Assembly (NCBI GenBank): GCA_963725865.1
Contig: CAVSAC010000014.1
Location: 1,280,001 to 1,344,000 of the forward strand
DNA: 64,000 nucleotides
Source: Candidatus Eiseniibacteriota bacterium
Lineage (GTDB): Bacteria > Eisenbacteria > RBG-16-71-46
Direction: 5' to 3'
The notes below the pieces were generated by a model. That model saw nothing but the letters and a program-made list of their open reading frames with translations. It did not search any database and was not told where the DNA came from. Positions 43,793 to 54,162 of this stretch are shown here, in pieces (position 1 is the stretch's first letter; each line of letters opens with the position of its first letter). Made by a program: the position numbers and the translations under genes.

Positions 43793-45418
43793 TCAGCCGG
43801 TCTCGGCCGGGACGGCGATCGCGGCCAGCATACTCTCGCGCTGCTGCTCGACGTCGCGCCCGGCGGGGTCGAGGCGCGACCACCACCACGCCATCACCGC
43901 CAGCGCCAGCATCACACCGGCGCCGGCGCCGGCGAGCGCCTTCAGCTCGGCCGGCGCGGCGCGCATCGCGAGCCAGCGCGCCAGCGCGAGCACGCCGAGG
44001 GTGCCGAAGATCACCAGCACCTGCAGCAGTCCGCTCAGGACGCGATACGGCGAGTTCACGCGCCCGCGCGCGTCCACCCGCACCGGGTGGTGGACCGAGA
44101 CGTGGTGGCCCACCACCAGGCTCGCGAGCACCACGCACAGCCCCCAGGCGATCAGTTCCACGCCGACCGGCCCCACCACCGGGCGGCCGGCGACCCCGAG
44201 CGCCGCCACCAGGATCGCGAGCGTGAATCCGAACTGCAGCGCCACCCCGAGGTCCTTCGCGAGCACCAGCGCGCGGCCGGTGAACGGCAGCAGGAACAGC
44301 AGGCGCAGCCCCTCGCGCTCGGCGCCGAACAGGCTGAGCGTAAGGCTCTGCACCTGGATGCTCAGCCCGATCGCGATGTAGGGCCCCATCATCTCGAGCA
44401 TCCGGCGGTCGAGCGTGCGGAACATGAACACCACGAACGCGGCGTACACCAGGTAGCCGAACAGCTGCGTGCCGCGCATCAGCAGCGCGACCTCGCGCTC
44501 GGCCAGCAGCGCGACCGGCGGCGGCAGCAGCGCGCGCAGCGGGCGCCATCCGTGGCCGTCGTCGCGGCGCCGCGGCGCGCGCGCGGGTGGCGCGGTCTCG
44601 CGGCCGAGTGCGGCGCGCTGCGCGATGCGCCAGCCCGCCTCGAGCAGTACCGCGAACAGCGCGAGCGAGCCGAGCAGCGCGAGCAGCGCCGCGCCCCAGC
44701 GATGATCGAGCGCCGAGGTCGCGATCGCCGACGGCCACGAAGCGGTCGGCATCGCGGGCCCGAGCAGCGCGGCCGCGCGGTCGACGAGTCCCGGCGCGTC
44801 GGGGCGCAGGCGGTCGAGCAGCGGCTTCACCTGGTCGCGCAGCAACAGGTAGATCACGTAGCCGCCGCCGGCCAGCGTGGTGGCGATCGCCTCGTGCACC
44901 AGCCGCAGCCAGCGCATCCGGCGCAGGTCGAGCACCACCACCAGCACCAGTTGGAGCAGCGCGCCGGTGATCGCGAGCAGCAGCACCATCGCCAGCGCAG
45001 CCATCACGCCGGCCAGCCAGCCGCCGCGCGCGGTCGCGGCCACCACGGTCGCCAGCAGCTCGGGCAGCACGAACAGGGCGGGCGGCTCGATCAGCGCGAA
45101 CACGATGCCGACCGCGTGCACCTTCCGCGGGTGGACCGGGAAGCGCAGCATGCGGCGCATGTCGAACGCCTCGCTGAACGCGTTCGAGATCACCACCAGC
45201 ACCACCCACATGAGCTGCGCCAGCGCGAACGCCACCAGCAGCGCGTGCCCGCCGAGCGTGCGGACGCCCACCATCGTGAGCGCGGCGGCGCCGAGCCACA
45301 CCGGCGACAGCATGGCGACCGAGAGCACCACCAGCATCAGGATCGGGATGCGGCGCTTGGGCGGGATCGCGCGCCACCACAGCAGCGCCTTGACCGCGAG
45401 CAGGCCGCGCAGCGTCAC
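43793..45418 (-). CDS. ABC-2 type transporter permease
   Basis: GTG overlapping the ATPase stop; about a dozen TM helices; FGAEREG...L.LLP motif. Confidence 0.75.
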   Translation of the reverse strand: MTLRGLLAVKALLWWRAIPPKRRIPILMLVVLSVAMLSPVWLGAAALTMVGVRTLGGHALLVAFALAQLMWVVLVVISNAFSEAFDMRRMLRFPVHPRKVHAVGIVFALIEPPALFVLPELLATVVAATARGGWLAGVMAALAMVLLLAITGALLQLVLVVVLDLRRMRWLRLVHEAIATTLAGGGYVIYLLLRDQVKPLLDRLRPDAPGLVDRAAALLGPAMPTASWPSAIATSALDHRWGAALLALLGSLALFAVLLEAGWRIAQRAALGRETAPPARAPRRRDDGHGWRPLRALLPPPVALLAEREVALLMRGTQLFGYLVYAAFVVFMFRTLDRRMLEMMGPYIAIGLSIQVQSLTLSLFGAEREGLRLLFLLPFTGRALVLAKDLGVALQFGFTLAILVAALGVAGRPVVGPVGVELIAWGLCVVLASLVVGHHVSVHHPVRVDARGRVNSPYRVLSGLLQVLVIFGTLGVLALARWLAMRAAPAELKALAGAGAGVMLALAVMAWWWSRLDPAGRDVEQQRESMLAAIAVPAETG

Positions 45419-46200
45419 GAGCCGAGCCAGTCGAGCGTGGCCGCGCTGCGCTCGGGGGCGCCCACGCGCTCGAGGAACAACGCCTCGAGCGAGCGCGGCG
45501 CGCCGTCGGGGCCGCGGCGCAGCGCGTCGAGCGCCCCGCTCGCCACCAGCCGCCCGCCGGCGATGATGCCGACGTGGGTGCACAGTCGCTCGACGGTCTC
45601 GAGCACGTGCGAGGTGAGGAACACGGTCGCGTGCCCGCTCGCCACGACGCGCTGCAGCAGCTCGCGGATGTGCGAGGTGGCGATCGCGTCGATGCCCTCG
45701 AACGGCTCGTCGAGGAACAGCAGGCGCGGGTTGTGGATCAGCGCGCACGCGAGCCCGAGCTTCTTGCGCATGCCGTGCGAGTACTCGCTCACCAGCCGGC
45801 GCGCGTCGCCCGCCAGCCCGAGCGCGTCGAGCAGCTCGTCGCTGCGGCGCGCCGCGGTCGCGCGGTCGAGCCCGTAGGCCTCGCCGACGAAGCGCAGGTG
45901 CTCGACGCCGTTCAGGCGCTCGAACAGGTAGAGCCCGTCGGGCACCACGCCGATGCGGCGCCGCAGCTCGATCGGGTCGCGCGCCACGTCCACGCCGAGC
46001 ACCGTCGCGGTGCCGCGCGTCGGCGCCAGCAGCCCGGTGAGGATGTTGATGGTGGTCGACTTGCCCGCGCCGTTGGGACCCAGGAACCCGTAGAACGAGC
46101 CGGTGGGCACGTCGAGGTCGAGATCGCTCACCGCGAGCGTGCCGCCGAAGGCGCGCGTGAGCCCGCGGGTCTGGATCACGAACGGGCCGGGCGATTCCAT
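45415..46200 (-). CDS. ABC transporter ATP-binding protein
   Basis: GPNGAGKS, YSHGMRKK, LFLDEPFEG, TSH. Confidence 0.95.
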   Translation of the reverse strand: MESPGPFVIQTRGLTRAFGGTLAVSDLDLDVPTGSFYGFLGPNGAGKSTTINILTGLLAPTRGTATVLGVDVARDPIELRRRIGVVPDGLYLFERLNGVEHLRFVGEAYGLDRATAARRSDELLDALGLAGDARRLVSEYSHGMRKKLGLACALIHNPRLLFLDEPFEGIDAIATSHIRELLQRVVASGHATVFLTSHVLETVERLCTHVGIIAGGRLVASGALDALRRGPDGAPRSLEALFLERVGAPERSAATLDWLGS

Positions 46201-46382
46201 GCGCGCTCCGAGCGATGGCGACGACGGTCGAGGGGCTGCGGACCGCGCGAATCTACGGAGCCGCGCGCGCAGCGTCCAGCGCGAAGGCGGGCGGGGAGTC
46301 CGCGCGGGCCGCGCCGGCGATTGACCGCCGCCGCGCGCGCCGCCAGACTGCGCGCGGGCCTTCGTCACCGTCGAGGTCGAAC

Positions 46383-48260
46383 ATGGACGCCGCCGCATTC
46401 GCCGAGCTGGTCGAGCGCTATCGCGCGGAATCCGAGTTCCATCCCACCGGCTACCGGCTGCGCGTCGCGGGCCTCGTGGCACTCGGCTACGGCTACGTGG
46501 TGATGGTGTTCGTGCTGCTGCTGGTGCTGGCGCTGGGATTGGTGGTGCTGGCCGCGACGCAGCACACGGCGTTGTGGCTCGCGATCAAGATCGCGATCCC
46601 GATCGGCGCGCTCGCGTTCGCCGCCGCGCGCTCGCTGTGGGTGACCATCCCCGAGCCCGCGGGCGCCGAGCTGGAGTCCGATGCGGCGCCGCGCCTGGCG
46701 TCGCTGATCGACGAGGTGCGCGTGCAGGTCGGCGCGCCCCCGCTGCACCGCGTGAAGGTGACCGGCGATTTCAACGCGGGCGTGGCCTCGATGCCGCGCT
46801 TCGGGCTGCTCGGCGGCAGCCGCCACGTGCTGCTGCTGGGCCTGCCGCTGCTGCAGGCACTCACACCCGATCAACTGCGCGCGGTGCTCGCGCACGAGTT
46901 CGGCCACCTCTCGCACGCGCACGGGCGCTTCGGCGCGTTCGTGTACGGCATGCGCCGCACCTGGTCCAGCCTGCTCGAGCGGCTCGGGCAGGAGCGGCGC
47001 TGGGGCCAGGGCGTGTTCACCGCGTTCGTGCGCTGGTACGCGCCCTACTTCAACGCCAGCACCTTCGTGCTGGCGCGCGCGCAGGAATACGAGGCCGACC
47101 GCACGAGCGCCGACGCCACGTCGCCGGCGACCGCCGCGGGCACGCTGGCGCGCATCGCCACCGTCGACGCTCAGTTGCGCGAGGACTTCTGGCCCGCGGT
47201 GTTCCGCGACGTCAGCCGCGACGCGGAGCCGCCCGCGCGGGTGTTCGCGCGCATGGGCGCCACGCTCGCCGGTCCGGTCCGCATCGACGCGCAGCAGCGC
47301 TGGCTGGCGAACGCGCAGGCCGAGGCGACCGGGCTGGGCGACACCCATCCGTCGCTTCGCGACCGCCTGCTCGCGCTCGGCTTCGATCGTCCGCCGCTGC
47401 CGGCCGCGCCGTTCTCGCCCGCGCAGTCCGCGGCGAGCCTGCTCGGCGGCGCCGAGCCGGTGCTGGTCGAGGCGCTCAGCACCGACTGGTGCGGCGCGGT
47501 GCGGCACGACTGGCGCGTGCGGCACCACGAAGTCGGCGAGGCGCGCGCGAAGCTGGCGGAGTTCGAGGCGCAGGCGGCCGCCGGGCCGCTGCCGAGTGCC
47601 GCGCGCCTGCAGCACGCGCTGCTGTGCTTCCGCCTGGATGGCCCGGAGCGCGCGCGGCCGCTGCTCGAGACCCTGCTGGCCGAGGAGCCCACGCTGGCGC
47701 CCGTGATCTTCCTCACCGGACAGGCGCGGCTCGCGATGGGCGAGGAGTCCGGGCTCGCGCTGCTCGAGCGCACGCTCGAGCTGGACGATCAGGCGGTGGG
47801 CCCGGCGTGCGACGTGGCGATCGGGTTCCTGCTCGCGCGCGGGCGCCGCGAGGAGGCTGAGCGCTGGGCGACGCGCGCGCTCGAACGCCGGCACCTGCTC
47901 GGCGAGGTCCAAAAGGAGCGTGCGCGGCTGGTGCCCGGCGAGGCGTTCGACCCGCACGGCCTGCCCGCGGAAGCGGCGGAGCGCATCCGCGCGCGGCTGC
48001 AGGTGGACGAGGAGCTGGAAGCCGGCTACCTCGTGCGCCGCAGGGTCCGGCTGATGCCCGAGCGGCCCGCGCTGCTGTGTGCCATCCTGCCGCGCGCCCG
48101 GCGCCTCGGCGGCGGGACGCAGGCTCGCCTGCGCGCCGTCATGGAGACGATGGCCGCGGACGACGTCTTCCCGCCGGGCACGCTGTTCGTTGTGCTGGTC
48201 GGGAAGGCGCGCGCGTACGTCGCGGCGCTGGACGCGGTGCCCGGCGCGCGACTGCGCTGA
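46383..48260 (+). CDS. M48-family zinc metallopeptidase with TPR-like C-terminus
   Basis: Two N-terminal TMs, FNA, LAHEFGH, EYEAD, THPSL.DRL. Confidence 0.9.
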   Translation: MDAAAFAELVERYRAESEFHPTGYRLRVAGLVALGYGYVVMVFVLLLVLALGLVVLAATQHTALWLAIKIAIPIGALAFAAARSLWVTIPEPAGAELESDAAPRLASLIDEVRVQVGAPPLHRVKVTGDFNAGVASMPRFGLLGGSRHVLLLGLPLLQALTPDQLRAVLAHEFGHLSHAHGRFGAFVYGMRRTWSSLLERLGQERRWGQGVFTAFVRWYAPYFNASTFVLARAQEYEADRTSADATSPATAAGTLARIATVDAQLREDFWPAVFRDVSRDAEPPARVFARMGATLAGPVRIDAQQRWLANAQAEATGLGDTHPSLRDRLLALGFDRPPLPAAPFSPAQSAASLLGGAEPVLVEALSTDWCGAVRHDWRVRHHEVGEARAKLAEFEAQAAAGPLPSAARLQHALLCFRLDGPERARPLLETLLAEEPTLAPVIFLTGQARLAMGEESGLALLERTLELDDQAVGPACDVAIGFLLARGRREEAERWATRALERRHLLGEVQKERARLVPGEAFDPHGLPAEAAERIRARLQVDEELEAGYLVRRRVRLMPERPALLCAILPRARRLGGGTQARLRAVMETMAADDVFPPGTLFVVLVGKARAYVAALDAVPGARLR

Positions 48261-48264
48261 GGCG

Positions 48265-49422
48265 CTAGGTGATCATCACCGCGATCGGGGCGTGATCGCT
48301 CGCGCGGCCGGGGCCGTCGAGGCCCTGCACCGTGACGCCGCTTCCGCCGCGCCAGCCGCGGCCCGCGAACCAGTCGAGCCGCAGCGTGCCGCGCCCTTCG
48401 GCCCACTTCAGCGCCGGCGCGACCGCGTGTCGCAATGCCGCGGGCAGCTCGTGCACCTCGTCGAGGCGATCGAGCCGCAACGCGAGCGTGGGCCGGAAGT
48501 CCACGAACGGCTCCCACTCGAATCCGCCGGCGCGCAGCGCGTCGAACAGCGGCTCGTGAAACAGCCCGCGGTCGGGTCGCAGCAGCCGCGCGCGCAGCGC
48601 GCCGCCCGGCCAGGTGAGCAGCGAGGCGCCGCCGGTGAACGGCGTGTGCCAGAGCCCGCGATCGAACGTGTGGGTGTTGAAGTCGCCCGCCAGCAACACC
48701 GGGCGCTGTTCCCCGCGCAGCGCGTCGACGATCACGCGCACCTGCGCGGCGCGGTGCTCGCGGGTGCGGTGCACCTCGAGGTGAGCGCTCACCGCGACGA
48801 ACGGAGCGCCGGGCCTCTGCACCTCGGCGATCAGCGCGACGTGGCGGCCAACCATGCGCTCGATGTCGAACTGGAGCCGCTCGGGGCTCGGCAGCTCGAC
48901 CACGCGCACCGCGCCGAACGGCCAGCGCGACAGGATCGCGAGCCCGAACAGCGACTCCTGATTCGGGCGCCCGGCCGCCATGCGCGAATCGTCGTCGCGG
49001 CCCGGCGTGGTCTCGAGGAACAGCGGCGCCCACACGCCATGGCGGTTCAACGCGGCGGCCAGGTCCGCGGTGACGTCGCGATTGCCGGCGCGCGCCATGC
49101 CCAGGTCGATCTCGTTGAACAGCAGCACGTCCGCATCGGCCAGATCCGGATCGGTGAGCAGCGCGCCTTCGACCTGGTCGTACCAGTTGCCGTGCTCGAT
49201 GTTCCAATGCACGGCGCGCAGGTGCGCCGGATCGCGCGAGGGTGCGGGCGGCGTCGTGGGCGCGTGGTGGTGCAGCGCGCCGAACAGTCGGGCGAAGCGC
49301 GGCGCGAGTTCGGCGCGCCAGAGCGCCGAGGCGCGCAGCTCGGCGAGCGTGCGGAACGGCGCCACCGCCTGCTGCAGCGCGTGGCATTCCGCGATCAGCG
49401 CCGGATCGCGCGGGGCGCTCAC
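48265..49422 (-). CDS. Endonuclease/exonuclease/phosphatase-family protein
   Basis: WNIE.G, NEID.G, AILSRWP, HLE, AGDFNT, LDW, ASDHAP. Confidence 0.88.
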   Translation of the reverse strand: MSAPRDPALIAECHALQQAVAPFRTLAELRASALWRAELAPRFARLFGALHHHAPTTPPAPSRDPAHLRAVHWNIEHGNWYDQVEGALLTDPDLADADVLLFNEIDLGMARAGNRDVTADLAAALNRHGVWAPLFLETTPGRDDDSRMAAGRPNQESLFGLAILSRWPFGAVRVVELPSPERLQFDIERMVGRHVALIAEVQRPGAPFVAVSAHLEVHRTREHRAAQVRVIVDALRGEQRPVLLAGDFNTHTFDRGLWHTPFTGGASLLTWPGGALRARLLRPDRGLFHEPLFDALRAGGFEWEPFVDFRPTLALRLDRLDEVHELPAALRHAVAPALKWAEGRGTLRLDWFAGRGWRGGSGVTVQGLDGPGRASDHAPIAVMIT

Positions 49423-49513
49423 GGGCGGGCCGCCGGCGCGCTATGCGGTGGCGGAACGCCGCGAGCCGGCGCGCTGCGCGTTGGCCGGAGGGGGCGGGGC
49501 GCTGCGCTGCGGG

Positions 49514-49891
49514 TCACTTCTTCCCTCGCGTCGCGATCCACACCGCCAGCGTCCAGGTCGGCACCAGGTCGACGCCCGGCACGATCTCGGCGATGAACGC
49601 GGGCAGGAACGCCCAGTGCCAGCCGACCAGGCGGACCATCACCGCGGCGACGGCCAGGTCCAGCACGTCGTCGACCGGCGAGGCGACGCCCAGCATGAAC
49701 AGCGGCCACAGCACCCACTGGATCAGGTCGGCGACCGCGGCGATCGCCAGCGCGACGCCGAACCGGCGGCGGCGGACGCGGCCGCCGGGCGTCGCGGCGG
49801 GCGGCGGCGCGGCCGGCGCCGGCGCCTCGCCCGGGGACGGGGCGGCGCCGCGCGGCATGCGCTCGGGCTCCAGATCCTCGATGTCGCTCAT
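49514..49891 (-). CDS. Small membrane hypothetical protein
   Basis: Hydrophobic segments; WAFLP.FIAE.VPGVD..PTWTLAV; AAGGAG RBS. Confidence 0.7.
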   Translation of the reverse strand: MSDIEDLEPERMPRGAAPSPGEAPAPAAPPPAATPGGRVRRRRFGVALAIAAVADLIQWVLWPLFMLGVASPVDDVLDLAVAAVMVRLVGWHWAFLPAFIAEIVPGVDLVPTWTLAVWIATRGKK

Positions 49892-49910
49892 GTCCGGGCT
49901 CCTTCGCCGC

Positions 49911-51983
49911 TCAGCGCGCCAGGCCCACGCAGGCCAGCAGGAAGGCATAGTCGAGTGCCACGTCGCGCAGCGCGTCGTAGCGTCCCGACGAGCCGCCGTG
50001 CCCGCCGGCCATGTTGACGTGCAGCAGCAGCGGCTCGCGGTCGGTGCGCAGCGTGCGCAGGCGCGCGACGTACTTGGCCGGCTCCCAGTACATCACCTGG
50101 CTGTCGTTCAGCGAGGTCTTGAGCAGCATCGCCGGATAGGCGCGCGCCGCGAGGTTCTCGTACGGCGAGTACGCGCGGATGCGCGCGTAGTCGGCGGGCT
50201 GCGCGGGATCGCCCCACTCCTCGTACTCGCCGACCGTGAGCGGCAGCGTGGGGTCGCTCATGCTGTTCAGCACGTCGACGAACGGCACCTGGGCGAGCGC
50301 CGCGCGGAACAGCTCGGGCCGCCGGTTGAGCACCGCGCCCACCAGCAGCCCGCCGGCGCTGCCACCCTGGATCACCAGCCGGTCGGGCGCGGTGGTGCCG
50401 TCGCGCACGAGATGCTCGGCGCAGGCGATGAAGTCGGTGAACGTGTTCGACTTCGCCGCCATGCGCCCGCCGTCGTGCCAGGGCTTGCCCAGCTCGCCGC
50501 CGCCGCGCACGTGGGCGAGCGCGAACACCATCCCGCGGTCGACCAGGCTCAGCCGCGTCGAGCTGAACGCGGCGCTCATCGGGATGCCGTACGCGCCGTA
50601 GCCGTACAGCAGCAGTGGCGCCGGGCCGGCCGCCAGGTCCGCGCGGCGCATCAGCGACACCGGGACGCGCGTGCCGTCGTCCGCGGCGATCCAGCGCCGC
50701 TCGACCGCGTAACGGGTCGGATCGAACCCTCCCTTCACGATCGTCTGCTTGAGCAGCGTGCGCTCGCGGGTGCCAAGGTCGTAGTCGAACACCGAGGTGG
50801 GGGTGACGAACGAGCTGTACTGGAACCGGAACGTGGTGGTCGACCACTCGGCGTTGGGCGCGCCGTACAGCGCGTACGCGGGCTCCGGGAACTCCACGCG
50901 GTGGGTGGCGTCGTCGCGCAGGTCGGCGACCTCGAGCACCTCGAGCCCGTCCGCGCGCAGCCACAGCACGCGATGGTGCTCGAACAGCTCGAGCCCCTCG
51001 ATCATGGTGTCGGCGCGGTGCGCGATCTCCTCGCGCCAGTGCGCGGGCCCGGGGGTCGCCACCGGGGCCGACACCAGCCGGAAGTTGCGCCCGGTGTCGT
51101 TCACCCGGATCCAGAACCGATCGCCGCGGTGGTCCAGGTCCATCTCGCGGTCGGCGACCCGCGGCGCCACCAGCGTCCACGCCGCCTCCGGCGTGGCGGC
51201 GTCCAGCACCCGCACCTCGGAGGTCGTGTGGCTCGCCGTGGTCATCACCAGGAAGCGCCGGCTGCGGGTGCGCCGGCACGACAGCTCGAACCGCGCGTCG
51301 GGCTCCTCGTGGACCAGCACGTCCTCGCTCGCCGGCGCGCCGAGGCGATGCCGGTAGAGCCGGTGGTGGCGCTTGGCGTGGTCCTCGACGGTGTAGAACA
51401 GCGTGCGCCCATCGGCCGCCCACGTGAGGCTCGCGCTCTTCTCGATCGCCTCGGGGCCGTGCTCGCCGGTCTCGAGGTCCTTCACGCGCAGCACGTACTG
51501 GCGGAAGCCGGTGGTGTCGAGCCCGTACGCCATGAAGCGCCCGTCGTCGCTCACCGCGACGTCGCTCACCGCCACGAACGCGTGCTCCTGGCCCAGTTCG
51601 TTGAGATCGAGCATCACCTGCTCGGGCGCGTCGGGGTCGCGGCGGCGGCACAGGATCGGGTACTGCCGCCCCTCGACGGTGCGCGAGTAGTAGAGCCAGC
51701 CGTCCCGCCGATAGGGCACCGACAGGTCGGTCTGCTCGATGCGGCCGAGCATCTCCTGGTAGAGCGCCTCACGGAACTCCGTGAGCGGGCGCATCACCGC
51801 CTCGGTGTAGGCGTTCTCGGCGGCGAGGTGGGCGGCGACCTCGGGATCCTCCTTCGCGCGCATCCAGAAGTAGTCGTCGGCCAGCGTCTCGCCGTGGCGG
51901 GTCACCGGGTGGGGGATGCGGCGGGCGATCGGGGGCGCCGGCGAGAGGTCGAACGCGCGGGAGGCGAGGTCGGTGGATGGCAT
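49911..51983 (-). CDS. ptrB: Oligopeptidase B (S9A prolyl oligopeptidase family)
   Basis: DDYFWMR, YGYGAYG, HVRGGGELG, GGSAGG nucleophile, EYEEWG.P, NDSQVMYWEPAK, GH. Confidence 0.92.
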   Translation of the reverse strand: MPSTDLASRAFDLSPAPPIARRIPHPVTRHGETLADDYFWMRAKEDPEVAAHLAAENAYTEAVMRPLTEFREALYQEMLGRIEQTDLSVPYRRDGWLYYSRTVEGRQYPILCRRRDPDAPEQVMLDLNELGQEHAFVAVSDVAVSDDGRFMAYGLDTTGFRQYVLRVKDLETGEHGPEAIEKSASLTWAADGRTLFYTVEDHAKRHHRLYRHRLGAPASEDVLVHEEPDARFELSCRRTRSRRFLVMTTASHTTSEVRVLDAATPEAAWTLVAPRVADREMDLDHRGDRFWIRVNDTGRNFRLVSAPVATPGPAHWREEIAHRADTMIEGLELFEHHRVLWLRADGLEVLEVADLRDDATHRVEFPEPAYALYGAPNAEWSTTTFRFQYSSFVTPTSVFDYDLGTRERTLLKQTIVKGGFDPTRYAVERRWIAADDGTRVPVSLMRRADLAAGPAPLLLYGYGAYGIPMSAAFSSTRLSLVDRGMVFALAHVRGGGELGKPWHDGGRMAAKSNTFTDFIACAEHLVRDGTTAPDRLVIQGGSAGGLLVGAVLNRRPELFRAALAQVPFVDVLNSMSDPTLPLTVGEYEEWGDPAQPADYARIRAYSPYENLAARAYPAMLLKTSLNDSQVMYWEPAKYVARLRTLRTDREPLLLHVNMAGGHGGSSGRYDALRDVALDYAFLLACVGLAR

Positions 51984-52172
51984 CGGAACGTCAAGCTAGG
52001 AGCGCGGCGCGGGCCCCGTCAACCGTGCACCGGGGATGCCGCCCGGGCATCCAACCGCACACCCGCCGTCGCACCCGCGCGCGCCAGGCGGTAGACTCCC
52101 CGCCGACCCCGTCACGAGACCCGCCCGGAGCCGTGGCGGGACGCCACCCGACCCTCCAGGAGCACCCATCCG

Positions 52173-53675
52173 ATGTCGCGTCCCCGCACCTTCGGTGAGC
52201 TGAAGGCTTCCGGCTACCATCCGCGCTCCGTCAAGGACGAGCTGCGCGCCAACCTGATCGCGGCGCTGCGCGCGGGCGGGCCGCTGTTCCCCGGCATCGT
52301 CGGCTACGAGCACACGGTCGAACCGCAGATCGTCAACGCCTTGCTCTCGCGCCACGACTTCATCCTGCTCGGGCTGCGCGGGCAGGCCAAGACGCGCCTG
52401 CTGCGCGCGCTGTCGCGCTTCCTCGACGAATGGTCGCCCGAGATCGCCGGCTGCCCGCTGCACAGCGACCCGTTCCAGCCGCTCACGCACCACGCGCGCG
52501 TGCAGCTCGAGACCCACGGCGACGCGACGCCAATCGCGTGGCTGCACCGCGACGCGCGCTACCAGGAGAAGCTCGCCACCCCCGACGTGACGATCGCCGA
52601 CCTGATCGGCGACATCGACCCGATCAAGGCGGCGACGCTGCGGCTCGACTACTCGGACGAGCGCGTCATCCACTACGGCATCATCCCGCGCACCAACCGC
52701 GGCATCTTCGCGATCAACGAGCTGCCCGATCTGCAGCCGCGCATCCAGGTCGGCCTGCTGAATATTCTCGAAGAGAAGGATTTCCAGATCCGCGGCTTCC
52801 CGGTGCGGATGCCGCTCGACATCGCGATGGTGTTCTCGGCCAACCCCGAGGACTACACCAACCGCGGCAACATCATCACGCCGCTGCGCGACCGCATCGC
52901 CTCGCAGATCATCACGCACTACCCGCTGACCCGCGACCAGGGGCTGGCGATCACGGCCCAGGAGTCGTGGACGGCGCGCGACGCGGCGGTCGAGGTGGTG
53001 ATCCCCTCGTTCCTGCGCGAGCTGGTCGAGGAGGTCGCGATCCAGGCGCGCAAGAGCGAGTACGTGGACCAGAACTCCGGCGTCTCGGCGCGACTGCCGA
53101 TCGCGCTGCTCGAGAACCTGGTGTCCAACGCCGAGCGGCGCGGGTTCGTGACCGGCGAGACGCGGGTGTGGGCGCGCGTGTGCGACCTGCAGCACGCGGT
53201 CTCGGCGGTCAGCGGCAAGGTCGAGCTGGTGCTCGAGGGCGAGCAGGAGGGCGCGCTGAACGTCGCGCGCGCGCTGCTCGGCCGCGGCGTGAAGGCGCTG
53301 TTCGCGCAGCGCTTCCCCGACGCGTTCAAGCCGCACCGCAAGCGCCGCGAGCCGGCGCCCGCCGAGGGGGAGCCGCTCGCCACCAGCGAGTACCGCCCGA
53401 TCCTCGAGTGGTTCTCGGGCGGCGGGCACGTCGAGATCTCCGACGACCTGTCGCAGTCCGAGTACGCCAAGCGGCTGACCGCGGTGCGCGGGCTGGCGCC
53501 GCTCGCCGCGCGACACCTGGAGCCGACCGGTCCCGAGGAGCACGCGGTGGCGATGGAGCTGGTGCTCGAGGGCCTGCACCAGAACAGCATGCTCTCGCGC
53601 GACCGCACCGACGGCCGCACCACCTCGTACAAGGACATGCTCAAGCAGATGCTGAGCGGATTCGGAGACGATTGA
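52173..53675 (+). CDS. AAA+ ATPase, magnesium-chelatase/MoxR-like
   Basis: GLRGQAKT Walker A, KLATPD, GDIDP, FAINELPDL, ANPEDYTNRG. Confidence 0.88.
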   Translation: MSRPRTFGELKASGYHPRSVKDELRANLIAALRAGGPLFPGIVGYEHTVEPQIVNALLSRHDFILLGLRGQAKTRLLRALSRFLDEWSPEIAGCPLHSDPFQPLTHHARVQLETHGDATPIAWLHRDARYQEKLATPDVTIADLIGDIDPIKAATLRLDYSDERVIHYGIIPRTNRGIFAINELPDLQPRIQVGLLNILEEKDFQIRGFPVRMPLDIAMVFSANPEDYTNRGNIITPLRDRIASQIITHYPLTRDQGLAITAQESWTARDAAVEVVIPSFLRELVEEVAIQARKSEYVDQNSGVSARLPIALLENLVSNAERRGFVTGETRVWARVCDLQHAVSAVSGKVELVLEGEQEGALNVARALLGRGVKALFAQRFPDAFKPHRKRREPAPAEGEPLATSEYRPILEWFSGGGHVEISDDLSQSEYAKRLTAVRGLAPLAARHLEPTGPEEHAVAMELVLEGLHQNSMLSRDRTDGRTTSYKDMLKQMLSGFGDD

Positions 53676-53685
53676 GGAGGGCCGC

Positions 53686-54162
53686 ATGACCGAGACGCGG
53701 GCGCTCCTGCGCCACGTGATCGCCACGATCGCCTACCGCGGCGGCAAGACGCTGCGGGGCGCGCCGGCGGAGTTCGCGGACTTCAAGGCGGGGCCGGCCA
53801 CGCGCACGCCGGCCGAGATCCTCGCGCACGTGGGCGACCTGCTCGACTGGGCGCTCTCGATGATGCAGGGGGCGCAGGCCTGGCAGGATTCGACGCCGCT
53901 GGAATGGGAGCCGGAGGTGGCGCGGTTCCACGCCGCGCTCGCGGCGGTCGATGCGTTCCTCGCGAGCGACGCGCCGATCGCCTGCCCGGTGGACCGGCTG
54001 TTCCAAGGTCCGCTCGCCGACGCGCTCACCCACGTCGGCCAGCTCGCGATGCTGCGCCACCTGGCGGACGCGCCGATCCGCGGCGAGAACTACTTCCGCG
54101 CCGACATCGCGGCCGGGCGCGTCGGCGCCGAGCAGGCGGCCCCGGTCCGCGAGTTCAAGTGA
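53686..54162 (+). CDS. DinB-like hypothetical protein
   Basis: RTPAEILAH, LFQGPLADALTHVGQLAMLR; GAGGAGG RBS. Confidence 0.75.
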   Translation: MTETRALLRHVIATIAYRGGKTLRGAPAEFADFKAGPATRTPAEILAHVGDLLDWALSMMQGAQAWQDSTPLEWEPEVARFHAALAAVDAFLASDAPIACPVDRLFQGPLADALTHVGQLAMLRHLADAPIRGENYFRADIAAGRVGAEQAAPVREFK

